Shown here: in pieces, positions 48,750-57,189 of the stretch
Layout of the letters: the number at the start of each line of letters is the position of its first letter
Position numbering within the stretch: the first letter of the stretch is position 1
Source of the DNA: Klebsiella phage vB_KpnM_VPA32
Length of the DNA: 64,000 nt
Strand: one strand, 5' to 3'
Sequence record: OP558005.1
The notes under the pieces: model-generated
Database searches by the model: none
The model's input: the letters and a program-made list of their open reading frames with translations, nothing else
What the model was told of the DNA's origin: nothing
Translations under genes and position numbers: made by a program

Positions 48750-49925
48750 TTACAAATACTTTCTAAATTTCAACAGCACATCAGCATCTACATCGTTATC
48801 AATCTGTGCCACAAGGTAACTTGAGATTTCAACTTCTTGTGGAGCAGATTGTACCGCATCTGAGTTTAAGTATTCACGAATCCATGGGATTGGGTGACGA
48901 ACAGGAGCGTCAGTAATCGGACATGGAAGACCACAGCTACGCATACGTGAAACAGTCAGATAGTCGATGAAGTCATGAAGGATTTTCACTGAAAGACCAG
49001 GAACTCCACCATCACGCCACAGATGAACTGCCCATTCTTTTTCTTGGCGGTTGATTTCCATGAAGATATCAACGGCTTCTTGTTCGCATTCACGAGCAAT
49101 CTGAACCCATTCTTCACCATCAGTACCAAGTTGAAGCTGACGAATGATGTACTGTGTGCCTTTCAGATGAAGCTGTTCATCACGAGCAATGAACTTCATA
49201 ATCTTGGAGTTACCTTCCATGATTTCCATGTTCTTATGGAAATTGAAGGTACATGCGAAAGATACGTAAAAACGAATTGCTTCAAGACCATTGATGACAT
49301 GCAGACACAGATAAAGTGCTTTCATTAGTTCACGTTTAGCATCAATGACATATCCTTCATACATTTCAATGTCATTTTGTTGGCATGAACCAAGAGATTC
49401 TTCATACCGCTCTTTAGCGTTTTCCCAATTGCGAGTCTTCAGAATTACATCGTCATAATAATGACCAATTGTCTCAGCTCGTTTCATAATTGCTTCATCG
49501 AGAACAATCTCATCAAACACCTTTGCCGGGTCATTCAGCAGGTTACGCATGATGTGAGTATATGAACGAGAGTGAATCGTTTCAGAGAACGTCCAGGTCT
49601 GGTTCCATGTATCGAGTGATGGGTCAGAAATCAGAGCAGAAAGAACAGCAGCTGGAGCTCGGCCTTGGATTGAATCCAGAAGGCTTTGATATTTCAGATT
49701 ATCAAGGAATACGTTTTGCTGGCCAACTGGAAGCTTTTCAAATTGAGCTCGGTCAGTCATCAGGTTAACTTCTTCAGGACGCCAGAAGAACGAGAGTTGT
49801 TTCTCAATCAATTCTTCAAATGTACGGTGGCGCTGAATATCATATCGTGCAATACCAAGCCCACTTCCAAAGAACATTGGCTCGGTCATCAAATCTACTT
49901 GTTGCGTATTAAAAACTGTGCTCAT
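48750..49925 (-). CDS. nrdB: Ribonucleotide reductase small subunit (class Ia), uninterrupted
   Basis: 391 aa continuous. Di-iron ligands (E...EGLEAIRFY, FIARDEQLH). No intron. Confidence 0.93.
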   Translation of the reverse strand: MSTVFNTQQVDLMTEPMFFGSGLGIARYDIQRHRTFEELIEKQLSFFWRPEEVNLMTDRAQFEKLPVGQQNVFLDNLKYQSLLDSIQGRAPAAVLSALISDPSLDTWNQTWTFSETIHSRSYTHIMRNLLNDPAKVFDEIVLDEAIMKRAETIGHYYDDVILKTRNWENAKERYEESLGSCQQNDIEMYEGYVIDAKRELMKALYLCLHVINGLEAIRFYVSFACTFNFHKNMEIMEGNSKIMKFIARDEQLHLKGTQYIIRQLQLGTDGEEWVQIARECEQEAVDIFMEINRQEKEWAVHLWRDGGVPGLSVKILHDFIDYLTVSRMRSCGLPCPITDAPVRHPIPWIREYLNSDAVQSAPQEVEISSYLVAQIDNDVDADVLLKFRKYL

Positions 49926-50143
49926 TTAACTTCCTCAAATTCAAATTCAACATTCACCTGAGCAATAGCTTCAGCTGCGCAACGATAACCTTCAAGAAAC
50001 ATTGCAAGACTGTGATCGTCGTCGTTTACCATTAAAGGTGGAACTTCGTTTAATGCAGAACGAATGATGAATGTTTTCATTTGTTCGCCATTATTATAAA
50101 CGGCATAAATGTCGTACCATTTTGCTTCTGTTCTGTGGCTCAT
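49922..50143 (-). CDS. Hypothetical (nrdA.2-like)
   Basis: 73 aa. ATGA coupled on both sides. Confidence 0.5.
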   Translation of the reverse strand: MSHRTEAKWYDIYAVYNNGEQMKTFIIRSALNEVPPLMVNDDDHSLAMFLEGYRCAAEAIAQVNVEFEFEEVK

Positions 50144-50316
50144 AAATTGTATGTCCTATTAAGTAATTCTGACGTAACTTTAGTTGATTCTGAATAAATT
50201 CTAAACTCTTCGTCTAGCTTTTTAAGACGTTTTCTTAATTTTTCAATGAATTCAGGCGTCAACTCTATTGTTTTAACTATTTCCAAAAGTTCTTGAATAC
50301 TCATAGTTTGCTTCAT
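50140..50316 (-). CDS. Hypothetical (nrdA.1-like), 58 aa
   Basis: ATG 50316 with SD AGGAGG 5 nt upstream. The ORF-table start is a TTG. Confidence 0.5.
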   Translation of the reverse strand: MKQTMSIQELLEIVKTIELTPEFIEKLRKRLKKLDEEFRIYSESTKVTSELLNRTYNL

Positions 50317-50362
50317 AAATCCTCCTAAGGACCATCCGTGGTCCAATTATAAACTGAAAGAA

Positions 50363-52618
50363 TTAAAGCTTACATGCAGAACAATCTTCGGCTTTTGGTT
50401 TTTCGATTTCAAAATCGTCGTTACCAGAACCATCACGAGTGTTATGATAGTACAACGTCTTACCGCCAAAGTACCAGAAGTAAAGCAAGTCGTCCATCAT
50501 AACAGACATTGGCACTTTACCTTTCTCATAATTCTGAGGGTCATAGTAAGTATTAGCTGATGCAGATTGGCATACCCACTTCAACATAATAGCTACTTGA
50601 GTCAGATAAGGCTTGTTACCCTGCTTAGCAAGTTTCCATGCATAATCATAGAGGTCAGCATTCAGTTCAACATTCGGAACTACTTGGTTGAAGCTTCCTT
50701 CTTTAGACTCTTTAATAGAGACTGGACCTCGTGGCGGCTCAATACCGTTTGTGCTGTTGGAAACCTGGGAGGAGGACTCACATGGCATGAGTGCGGACAA
50801 TGTACTGTTACGGATGCCATATTGCTTGAGTTCTGCACGGAGTGCTTCCCAGTCACAAACGTAATTCGGGGCCGCGAGCTGGTCAATTCTTTTATTGTAC
50901 CAGTCGATAGGTAATTCGCCTCGAGACCAACGAGTGTCTTTATAATACTCGCAAGGTCCTTTTTCTTTTGCAAGTTTAATTGATGCTTTGATAAGTGCAT
51001 ATTGCAGCCTTTCAAACAGTTCATGAGTCAGGTCGTTTGCATCAGCGTATGTAGCAAAGTTATCTGCTAACCAAGCAGCATAGTTCGTTACACCAACACC
51101 CAATGCTCGACGTTTAAGAGCTTTCAAAGCTTCTTTAACCGGATAACCTTGATAACTCAAGAGGTTGTCGAGTGCTCGGACTTGGACTTCTGCGAGTTCG
51201 TTAATAGTTTCTTGGTCTTGCCAATCGAAGTTGCCGAGTACGAACGCAGACAACGTACACAGCGCAATTTCTGCGTCTTCTGAGTAGACGTCTTTAGTAG
51301 GTAACGCAATTTCTGCGCAGAGGTTCGATTGCTTAATCGTAGCCACATCACGAATAAAAGGACCATAATTACCAACGTTATCTACGAAGTAAGGGTAAAT
51401 TCGAGCAGTGCCTGAACGCTCAGTTAAGAATAACTCGATCAGTTCACGAGCTTTGACACGCTTCTTACGAACATCTGGATTCTTTTCAAGAGCTTCATAT
51501 TGTTCACGGAACGCAGCAGCATCTTTGAAATAGTTCTCATAAAGGCGACCAGCATCAATGTCCGGAGAGAACAGAGTGATGTAATCATCTTTAATCAAAC
51601 GTTCAAACATCAGGTCGTTGATTTGAACACCGTAGTCCAAGTGACGAATTCGGTTTTCATCTACGCCTTTGTTGTTCTTGAGTACAAGGAGGTTTTCAAC
51701 TTCCAAGTGCCAGATTGGATAGTACAATGTCGCCGCGCCACCGCGAACTCCACCTTGGGAGCAAGACTTAACTGCTGTTTGGATGTGTTTCCAGAAAGGA
51801 ATAACTCCAGTATGCTTGACTTCTCCGAAGCCGATTTTTGAGCCTTCTGCACGAATCATACCTGCATTAATGCCGATACCAGCACGTTTAGAGATGTACT
51901 CTACAATTGATTCAGCAGATTTGTTAATTGATTTCAGTGAATCACCAGCTTCAATAACAACGCAAGAGCTGAATTGACGAGTAGGAGTACGAGCACCTGC
52001 CATAATAGGAGTAGGCAGAGAAATTTTCTTAGTTGACACAGCATCGTAAAAACGAATAGTGTTCACTAAACGGTTTTCACCATCATCCTGATGCAGAGTC
52101 ATACCAATGAGCATGAATGCAAATTGAGGGGTTTCGATGATTTGACCAGTGCTGCGGTCTTTGACCAGGTATTTTTCAATGAGTTGCATCGTACCAGCAT
52201 ACGTCATTTCAAAATCACGGTCATGAACAATTTTACTTTCAAGCAGAGCAATTTCTTCAGCAGACCATTTGGCAAGAATTTCTTTGTCGTATTTGTTGTG
52301 ATTAACACCAAATGAAATCTGGTCAATAAATGAACGAGGCTCAAACTGTCCATAAACTTGCTTACGAAGATTGAACATCGCCAGATTACTTGCTACATAT
52401 TGATAATCTGGTTCTTCAATTGAAATCATTGAAGCTGCAACTTTAGTAGCTGCGCGTTGAATGTCATAAGTTGTCATTCCATCTTGCAGATGCGGAACGA
52501 TAGCTTGATATAGCTCATATGGGTCAACTCGGGTGTTTTCACAACCCCATTCCAGAACTTTGATAAGTTTTTCTGGAGTAAATTCCTGAGAGGTACCACT
52601 GGACTTAATTACTTTCAT
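50363..52618 (-). CDS. nrdA: Ribonucleotide reductase large subunit (class Ia)
   Basis: 751 aa. ATP-cone N-terminus, catalytic Cys motifs and a C-terminal CxxC tail (DCSACKL). Confidence 0.95.
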   Translation of the reverse strand: MKVIKSSGTSQEFTPEKLIKVLEWGCENTRVDPYELYQAIVPHLQDGMTTYDIQRAATKVAASMISIEEPDYQYVASNLAMFNLRKQVYGQFEPRSFIDQISFGVNHNKYDKEILAKWSAEEIALLESKIVHDRDFEMTYAGTMQLIEKYLVKDRSTGQIIETPQFAFMLIGMTLHQDDGENRLVNTIRFYDAVSTKKISLPTPIMAGARTPTRQFSSCVVIEAGDSLKSINKSAESIVEYISKRAGIGINAGMIRAEGSKIGFGEVKHTGVIPFWKHIQTAVKSCSQGGVRGGAATLYYPIWHLEVENLLVLKNNKGVDENRIRHLDYGVQINDLMFERLIKDDYITLFSPDIDAGRLYENYFKDAAAFREQYEALEKNPDVRKKRVKARELIELFLTERSGTARIYPYFVDNVGNYGPFIRDVATIKQSNLCAEIALPTKDVYSEDAEIALCTLSAFVLGNFDWQDQETINELAEVQVRALDNLLSYQGYPVKEALKALKRRALGVGVTNYAAWLADNFATYADANDLTHELFERLQYALIKASIKLAKEKGPCEYYKDTRWSRGELPIDWYNKRIDQLAAPNYVCDWEALRAELKQYGIRNSTLSALMPCESSSQVSNSTNGIEPPRGPVSIKESKEGSFNQVVPNVELNADLYDYAWKLAKQGNKPYLTQVAIMLKWVCQSASANTYYDPQNYEKGKVPMSVMMDDLLYFWYFGGKTLYYHNTRDGSGNDDFEIEKPKAEDCSACKL

Positions 52619-52916
52619 GCAAATCCTCTAGCGTAAATGTGTCTTTGAATAGTCTGTTTACTATATGAGCTATTATATCACCATGGCAAGCTTTAGGTTT
52701 ACAAGTGCATCCTAATCTCATTCCACGGAGAGTCTCCAGGTGCTCACGTTTTATTTCACCACTCCTAATACGCTTAATGAAGTCCTCTTTAAAGGCTTCA
52801 ATGGCAGCCTCCCGGCTGCCAGCATTTTTACCAACGTCATTACCCCACATTGTACCTCGTTGGATATTAACGTCGAAATCGGAATGGTATTTATTAACCA
52901 CTCGACAAGCTCTCAT
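52605..52916 (-). CDS. DUF4326-like small Cys/His protein
   Basis: LGCTCKPKACHGDIIAHIV conserved core (CxC...CHGD). 103 aa. Overlaps the nrdA start by 14 nt. Confidence 0.55.
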   Translation of the reverse strand: MRACRVVNKYHSDFDVNIQRGTMWGNDVGKNAGSREAAIEAFKEDFIKRIRSGEIKREHLETLRGMRLGCTCKPKACHGDIIAHIVNRLFKDTFTLEDLHESN

Positions 52917-53146
52917 TTAACTTCCACAATAAACCATGTATCATGAATTAATTGATTAGATTCAAGTCCGAATTCTTCAAAACCGTGCGCTTTTTCGTAT
53001 GCATGGACAACGTTACGAACATAGAGACGCGCTCCACGAACTTGAATAATTGAACCGACCTTTGGAATTTCAGAATCACGGATGTTATAAACTTCTGCGA
53101 TAGGGTCTTCTTCATTATTTTGAATTACAATTCTAAGATGTGGCAT
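52913..53146 (-). CDS. Hypothetical, 77 aa
   Basis: Coupled ORF. Confidence 0.45.
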   Translation of the reverse strand: MPHLRIVIQNNEEDPIAEVYNIRDSEIPKVGSIIQVRGARLYVRNVVHAYEKAHGFEEFGLESNQLIHDTWFIVEVK

Positions 53147-53334
53147 TATGCTTTACTCACAATAACAACGCGTTCAGTAGATTCACCAACAATTTCAATG
53201 TGATGAGCCAGAACTATATGAAAATAGCCATTAATCATAATAGAAGAGTTTAATTTGAAGTCAGCATCGCACAGTTGCTCATCAGTTTGAGCATAAACGA
53301 TACTTCCCAAAGCATTTGTAAATTTAGTAATCAT
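53146..53334 (-). CDS. Hypothetical, 62 aa
   Basis: Coupled ORF between td and the 77-aa gene. Confidence 0.4.
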   Translation of the reverse strand: MITKFTNALGSIVYAQTDEQLCDADFKLNSSIMINGYFHIVLAHHIEIVGESTERVVIVSKA

Positions 53335-54191
53335 ACAGCCATTTTTCCTTTGATTGTTGGGTGACTTTCATAGTTAACTAACTTGAAGTCTTCTATAACA
53401 GCAAATCGGTTTATCCACTTAAGCTGAGATGAAGTTTGCCAGCGCTCAAACTCATTTGGAAAATCAATTTCAAGATTGCAGAGTTCTTTTGGCTCTCGAC
53501 GAAGAATTTCTTCGCACTGCTCAATATGATTTGAATAAATGTGAGTGTTGCCGCCAGTAAATACTAAATGGCCAGGTTTTAAGCCAGTCATTTTAGCTAC
53601 GATATGAATCAAAGCAGCGTAAGATGCAATATTGAATGGTAGACCAAGGAACACATCCACCGACCTCTGGTACCACTGGAGGTCCAAGAACCCATTGCGT
53701 ACGTTGAACTGATATATCATATGGCATGGTGGAAGCGCCATCTTAGAGAGCTCCAGAGGGTTCCAGGCTGTCACAATTTGACGACGGTCATTAGGCAGTT
53801 CTTTAATTCGGTCAATAACTAAAGTCAATTGGTCAACACCCATAAAGTCTCGCCACTGCTTACCATAAACAGGACCAAGTTCACCATCAACATATCCCAT
53901 TGACCGTGCTTGATTTTCATAATTGTCGTCCCAGACAGTTTTACCATTTGTCGGAGAACCATGCTGACGAAGACGCAAATCATTCACGTTTGTTGAACCA
54001 GATAGGAACCACAAAAGTTCTGCAATACATGCTTTCCAGGCAAGCTTCTTAGTAGTTACTGCTGGAAAACCTTGTTGCAAATCAAAACGAAGCTGAGTGC
54101 CAAACACAGCACAAGTACCAGTTCCTGTGCGGTCATCAGTCACGTAACCTTCATCAAAGATATGCTGAATTAGCTGTTGATATTGTTTCAT
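53331..54191 (-). CDS. td: Thymidylate synthase, intron-less
   Basis: 286 aa, the length of the spliced T4 TS. Catalytic LPPCH; DRR and NPADL-type motifs. Continuous ORF. Confidence 0.95.
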   Translation of the reverse strand: MKQYQQLIQHIFDEGYVTDDRTGTGTCAVFGTQLRFDLQQGFPAVTTKKLAWKACIAELLWFLSGSTNVNDLRLRQHGSPTNGKTVWDDNYENQARSMGYVDGELGPVYGKQWRDFMGVDQLTLVIDRIKELPNDRRQIVTAWNPLELSKMALPPCHMIYQFNVRNGFLDLQWYQRSVDVFLGLPFNIASYAALIHIVAKMTGLKPGHLVFTGGNTHIYSNHIEQCEEILRREPKELCNLEIDFPNEFERWQTSSQLKWINRFAVIEDFKLVNYESHPTIKGKMAV

Positions 54192-54538
54192 TATTTTCCT
54201 GGACGAAAGAAGATTTCACGGCCTTGTTTATCAAACCGACCAAAAACAGTCATCGTATTACCAGTGATGACTACATTACCTTTAGCAATATGATGAATTG
54301 TTTGACGAGTGTTCATCATAATTTTAACACCTAAACCTTTAGCAATTCTGATGCCTTCATCAGCTGCCCAAGTGTCATTGATTTCTACATCAATACGATA
54401 CAAGCCATGAGGAATTGTTTTGTATAACTCAGGCTTTCGCTTATATTGCTCAATAGTAGGAGCATTACCCTCAATTACTAAAGCCCAATTCTTTTGGGCT
54501 TCTTCTTGTAACAGAGTCAAATGATTATTGATTTTCAT
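54191..54538 (-). CDS. Hypothetical, 115 aa
   Basis: ATG 54538. The ORF-table start is a TTG. TAATG coupling to td. Confidence 0.45.
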   Translation of the reverse strand: MKINNHLTLLQEEAQKNWALVIEGNAPTIEQYKRKPELYKTIPHGLYRIDVEINDTWAADEGIRIAKGLGVKIMMNTRQTIHHIAKGNVVITGNTMTVFGRFDKQGREIFFRPGK

Positions 54539-54845
54539 ATTGTTCTTCCAAAGGATTGAAGAATACTTGACTTCCACTTTTAAAGAAGTCTCCAATCATT
54601 GTAACATAGCCATTTGAAAAGCTAATATTACCGTTCATTGAAGCAAGTAGCACTGATTTCATTGAACGACAAAGTTCAATTGGGTTATTTCCATTGCTAT
54701 CATAGATAGTGTACTCTGCATTACGATATTCTCTGATATCTTCAATTGCAAAAGAAAATTCGTACACACCGTGTACTTTATTCCAGTTCTTCCACTTCTT
54801 TTGAGTCTTATATGCTTCTAACAGACGAAGATTATACCCTTTCAT
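54525..54845 (-). CDS. Hypothetical, 106 aa
   Basis: Overlaps the frd stop by 14 nt. Confidence 0.45.
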   Translation of the reverse strand: MKGYNLRLLEAYKTQKKWKNWNKVHGVYEFSFAIEDIREYRNAEYTIYDSNGNNPIELCRSMKSVLLASMNGNISFSNGYVTMIGDFFKSGSQVFFNPLEEQYENQ

Positions 54846-55425
54846 AGACAGTCTCCGTCAATGAAGTAAGTTCATCACAACGTACCCAGGAGGTTTCTAC
54901 CATTTGGAAATCATTAGACCATGAAGGGAATACAATAAAGCTCATGTCCAGAGTGGCATCAGAGTTAACCCGATGTTTCTTCTGTATTGACGTTTGGACA
55001 ATACGGTCTGCGTATGGCTGAGCCGTCTCTAGAATCCCCTTGCCACCAATAACAGAATAATCTTGGCCTGGATTGAAAGTAATTGTGCTATTATAAGAAG
55101 TATGCGCAGCCATAATATCGCCGCCTAAGAATCCAATGAATTCAAGCTCACTTACATAAGCATCAGCGAAGAATCCATTTTTAGCAGTTGCTAATGGACG
55201 AGACATATCTTGAACAACAATAGACTTACGTCCTGGAAGTGGCTCTGGGAAACTCATGAAAGTTTTTGCTCCCATGATGAGAGTTGTGTCTTTAGTGCGT
55301 TTTGCAAAGTTTTGCATGTCACGTTTAACATGACCCCAAGGCAATCCATCTTTAAGCCCAAAAGCATATTCATTTTGGCCATCAACGGTCTTGGTTGCAC
55401 AATACGCATAAATTAATTGAATCAT
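54832..55425 (-). CDS. frd: Dihydrofolate reductase
   Basis: MIQLIYAY...TVDG.NE.AFGL.DGLPWG...IMGAKTF...VIGG. 197 aa. ATG 55425. Confidence 0.9.
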   Translation of the reverse strand: MIQLIYAYCATKTVDGQNEYAFGLKDGLPWGHVKRDMQNFAKRTKDTTLIMGAKTFMSFPEPLPGRKSIVVQDMSRPLATAKNGFFADAYVSELEFIGFLGGDIMAAHTSYNSTITFNPGQDYSVIGGKGILETAQPYADRIVQTSIQKKHRVNSDATLDMSFIVFPSWSNDFQMVETSWVRCDELTSLTETVYERV

Positions 55426-55523
55426 TACCCCTGCCTCATTCCGCATTTAAAGCATTTACCACCAAGTGACCACAACCCGGCACCGCAATACTTACATTCC
55501 CAATCAGAAAGAATTCGAATCAT
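55425..55523 (-). CDS. Zn-ribbon micro-ORF, 32 aa, TAATG-coupled to frd; not in the ORF track
   Basis: MIRILSDWECKYCGAGLWSLGGKCFKCGMRQG: two CxxC pairs. Confidence 0.35.
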   Translation of the reverse strand: MIRILSDWECKYCGAGLWSLGGKCFKCGMRQG

Positions 55524-55827
55524 AACCAGCAGCCCTTACAAGACGACGCATCATTTCCATTCCATCTTCAACAGCACCAGCGAGTTCTTCAAATGCTGTT
55601 TTAGTGAAGATGAAAGCCGCACCTACTTTCTGACGCTGAAGATAACCGTTGATGATTTGGTCATCCAGCGGGAAGGTGCCATAGCCGGTTTCAATTATGC
55701 CTGACACTCGGTTACCACGGGAGTGTGGGTCATACTCCATAGTAATCCAAGATACACCTGGAAAATTCTCAAACTGACAACGTACTTTAACTTTAGGATA
55801 TGCAATTGAGTGAATATCGTTAGACAT
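55504..55827 (-). CDS. Hypothetical, 107 aa
   Basis: Compact ORF (frd.x-like). Confidence 0.5.
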   Translation of the reverse strand: MSNDIHSIAYPKVKVRCQFENFPGVSWITMEYDPHSRGNRVSGIIETGYGTFPLDDQIINGYLQRQKVGAAFIFTKTAFEELAGAVEDGMEMMRRLVRAAGYDSNSF

Positions 55828-56111
55828 TATTTTGGCTCCTTTTTAGCAATTTTCCAGGCAGATTTGAAAGCTTCGACTTCAGAAATTTCAATCCAAAAAC
55901 CGCTACCAAAGCCATCGTCATAGCAGGGACAGCCATCGCAGTAATGGTCCCAAGTAAGTACCAGACCATCACCACGAACAGCACCAGTTTCCATTTCGCG
56001 AAGGCGGTCTTCAGCAGCTTCAATAGCTTCCGGGTCATTCCCTTCGATGATAAAGTACCACTTGCCATTGTATTCACTTCCGAGTTTAATTGATTGACGT
56101 TGAAGTTTCAT
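55827..56111 (-). CDS. Hypothetical Cys-rich early protein, 94 aa
   Basis: ATG 56111 with SD AAGGAG. HYCDGCPCYDDG. Early promoter upstream. Confidence 0.6.
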   Translation of the reverse strand: MKLQRQSIKLGSEYNGKWYFIIEGNDPEAIEAAEDRLREMETGAVRGDGLVLTWDHYCDGCPCYDDGFGSGFWIEISEVEAFKSAWKIAKKEPK

Positions 56112-56130
56112 TTTATTCTCCTTTGTTTTG

Positions 56131-56168
56131 ATAGGGCTATAGTAACACACTATAGCCCTGATGTAAAC
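56131..56168 (-). promoter_or_regulatory. Early promoter with a 10-bp stem (AGGGCTATAG/CTATAGCCCT) around the -10 element
   Basis: Minus strand: AACCGTTTACATCAGGGCTATAGTGTGTTACTATAGCCCT, upstream of ATG 56111. Confidence 0.6.
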
Positions 56169-56170
56169 GG

Positions 56171-56419
56171 TTAGTCGTCTACTTTTAGCAACTTTTTGAA
56201 AGCATCAAATGATTTCATGTGCTTTGGCTCAAGATACACATGCTTAACCATCTTGCCTTCAAGGGAGAAGACTTCAACTACCATGTCATAACACTCGTCT
56301 TCAACGAGATGCATGCATTTTGGAGTACAAGCTTTGTCAAACAACTGAACTAAATTGTTGCCAGCCCAAATGTTTTTGCTGCCGTCATAGCTATAATCTT
56401 CAGAAAGAACATAAAACAT
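56171..56419 (-). CDS. Hypothetical, 82 aa
   Basis: ATG 56419 with SD GGAG. GC hairpin upstream. Confidence 0.55.
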   Translation of the reverse strand: MFYVLSEDYSYDGSKNIWAGNNLVQLFDKACTPKCMHLVEDECYDMVVEVFSLEGKMVKHVYLEPKHMKSFDAFKKLLKVDD

Positions 56420-56432
56420 TTTAATCTCCAAA

Positions 56433-56446
56433 GGGCCCGAAGGCCC
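56433..56446 (-). terminator. GGGCC-CGAA-GGCCC hairpin
   Basis: Perfect 5-bp GC stem upstream of ATG 56419. Confidence 0.45.
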
Positions 56447-56451
56447 CATTA

Positions 56452-56724
56452 TTAAGCGGTGTAATCTTCCATCATTTCCATGATGTATTCATAATCTTCT
56501 TCGTCTTGGGCATAAAAATCTTTAACCCAAAGACCGATGTCTACTTGATGACCAATTAATTTAATTTCTGGCCATCCGCCGCCTTGACCACTTTCATTTA
56601 CAACTTCAAATTTCAAACCACTAAATGGGCTATTGAAACGAGAGCCGTCATCAAACTCTAAATCAACTACTTTACCGTTTTCTTTAACGAGGTCGCATAC
56701 AATGTCAATTACAAGTTGTTTCAT
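56452..56724 (-). CDS. Hypothetical acidic protein, 90 aa
   Basis: Early promoter at 56755-56786. Confidence 0.55.
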   Translation of the reverse strand: MKQLVIDIVCDLVKENGKVVDLEFDDGSRFNSPFSGLKFEVVNESGQGGGWPEIKLIGHQVDIGLWVKDFYAQDEEDYEYIMEMMEDYTA

Positions 56725-56754
56725 TTTGATTTACTCTCTGTTGTTTTGATAGTG

Positions 56755-56786
56755 CTATAATACCACATCCATGTGGTGATGTAAAC
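56755..56786 (-). promoter_or_regulatory. T4-type early promoter
   Basis: Minus strand: AACCGTTTACATCACCACATGGATGTGGTATTATAG, upstream of ATG 56724. Confidence 0.55.
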
Positions 56787-56788
56787 GG

Positions 56789-57013
56789 TTAGTTGCAAAT
56801 TTCAGAAATAGTGTCAGCCAAGAATTCGCCAGTTTCGTCAGCGCCTACACAGTAAGATTCAGTTAAGAATTTTACAATTTTCTCACGAGGACCTAATACT
56901 TTGTATTCATATCCCCATTCCACATCACCCGCTAATTCACAGTTCAAACCAAATTTTTTAACTTCACTTTCGAAATGTTCTTCATCTGCAACGCCGAGAT
57001 AGATATGTGCCAT
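56789..57013 (-). CDS. Hypothetical acidic protein, 74 aa
   Basis: Early promoter at 57045-57075. GGAGTAAAACAAA leader. Confidence 0.55.
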   Translation of the reverse strand: MAHIYLGVADEEHFESEVKKFGLNCELAGDVEWGYEYKVLGPREKIVKFLTESYCVGADETGEFLADTISEICN

Positions 57014-57044
57014 TTTGTTTTACTCCGTTTGGTTGGTGTAAGAG

Positions 57045-57075
57045 TATAGTAACACAGCTTAAAGCGGATGTAAAC
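57045..57075 (-). promoter_or_regulatory. T4-type early promoter
   Basis: Minus strand: GCCGTTTACATCCGCTTTAAGCTGTGTTACTATA, upstream of ATG 57013. Confidence 0.55.
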
Positions 57076-57081
57076 GGCAGA

Positions 57082-57148
57082 ATTAACGTAACGTAAAAGT
57101 TACTTTAGGTGGGAATTGGGAGGTTAATGTAACGTAAAAGTTACTTAG
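57082..57148. repeat. Two direct copies of a 25-nt unit, each carrying the 16-bp palindrome GTAACGTAAAAGTTAC, centres 41 bp apart
   Basis: 57082-57107 ATTAACGTAACGTAAAAGTTACTTTA and 57123-57148 TTAATGTAACGTAAAAGTTACTTAG. Palindromes at 57088-57103 and 57129-57144. Confidence 0.8.
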
Positions 57149-57163
57149 TTCAAAAACAACAAA

Positions 57164-57181
57164 AGGAGCCCGAAGGCTCCT
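57164..57181 (-). terminator. Gene 32 terminator GGAGCC-CGAA-GGCTCC
   Basis: 6-bp stem with a T-run (minus strand), 9 nt after the gene 32 stop. Confidence 0.65.
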
Positions 57182-57189
57182 TCTTTTTA

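Noticed and set aside
55820-56077. 85-aa very hydrophobic ORF
   Set aside because: It is completely embedded, in another frame, in the 94-aa gene that has a strong AAGGAG SD and an early promoter. It has no start context of its own.
57082-57148. Possible CRISPR-like array
   Set aside because: There are only two copies. The units are palindromic operators rather than repeat-spacer structure. There are no cas genes.
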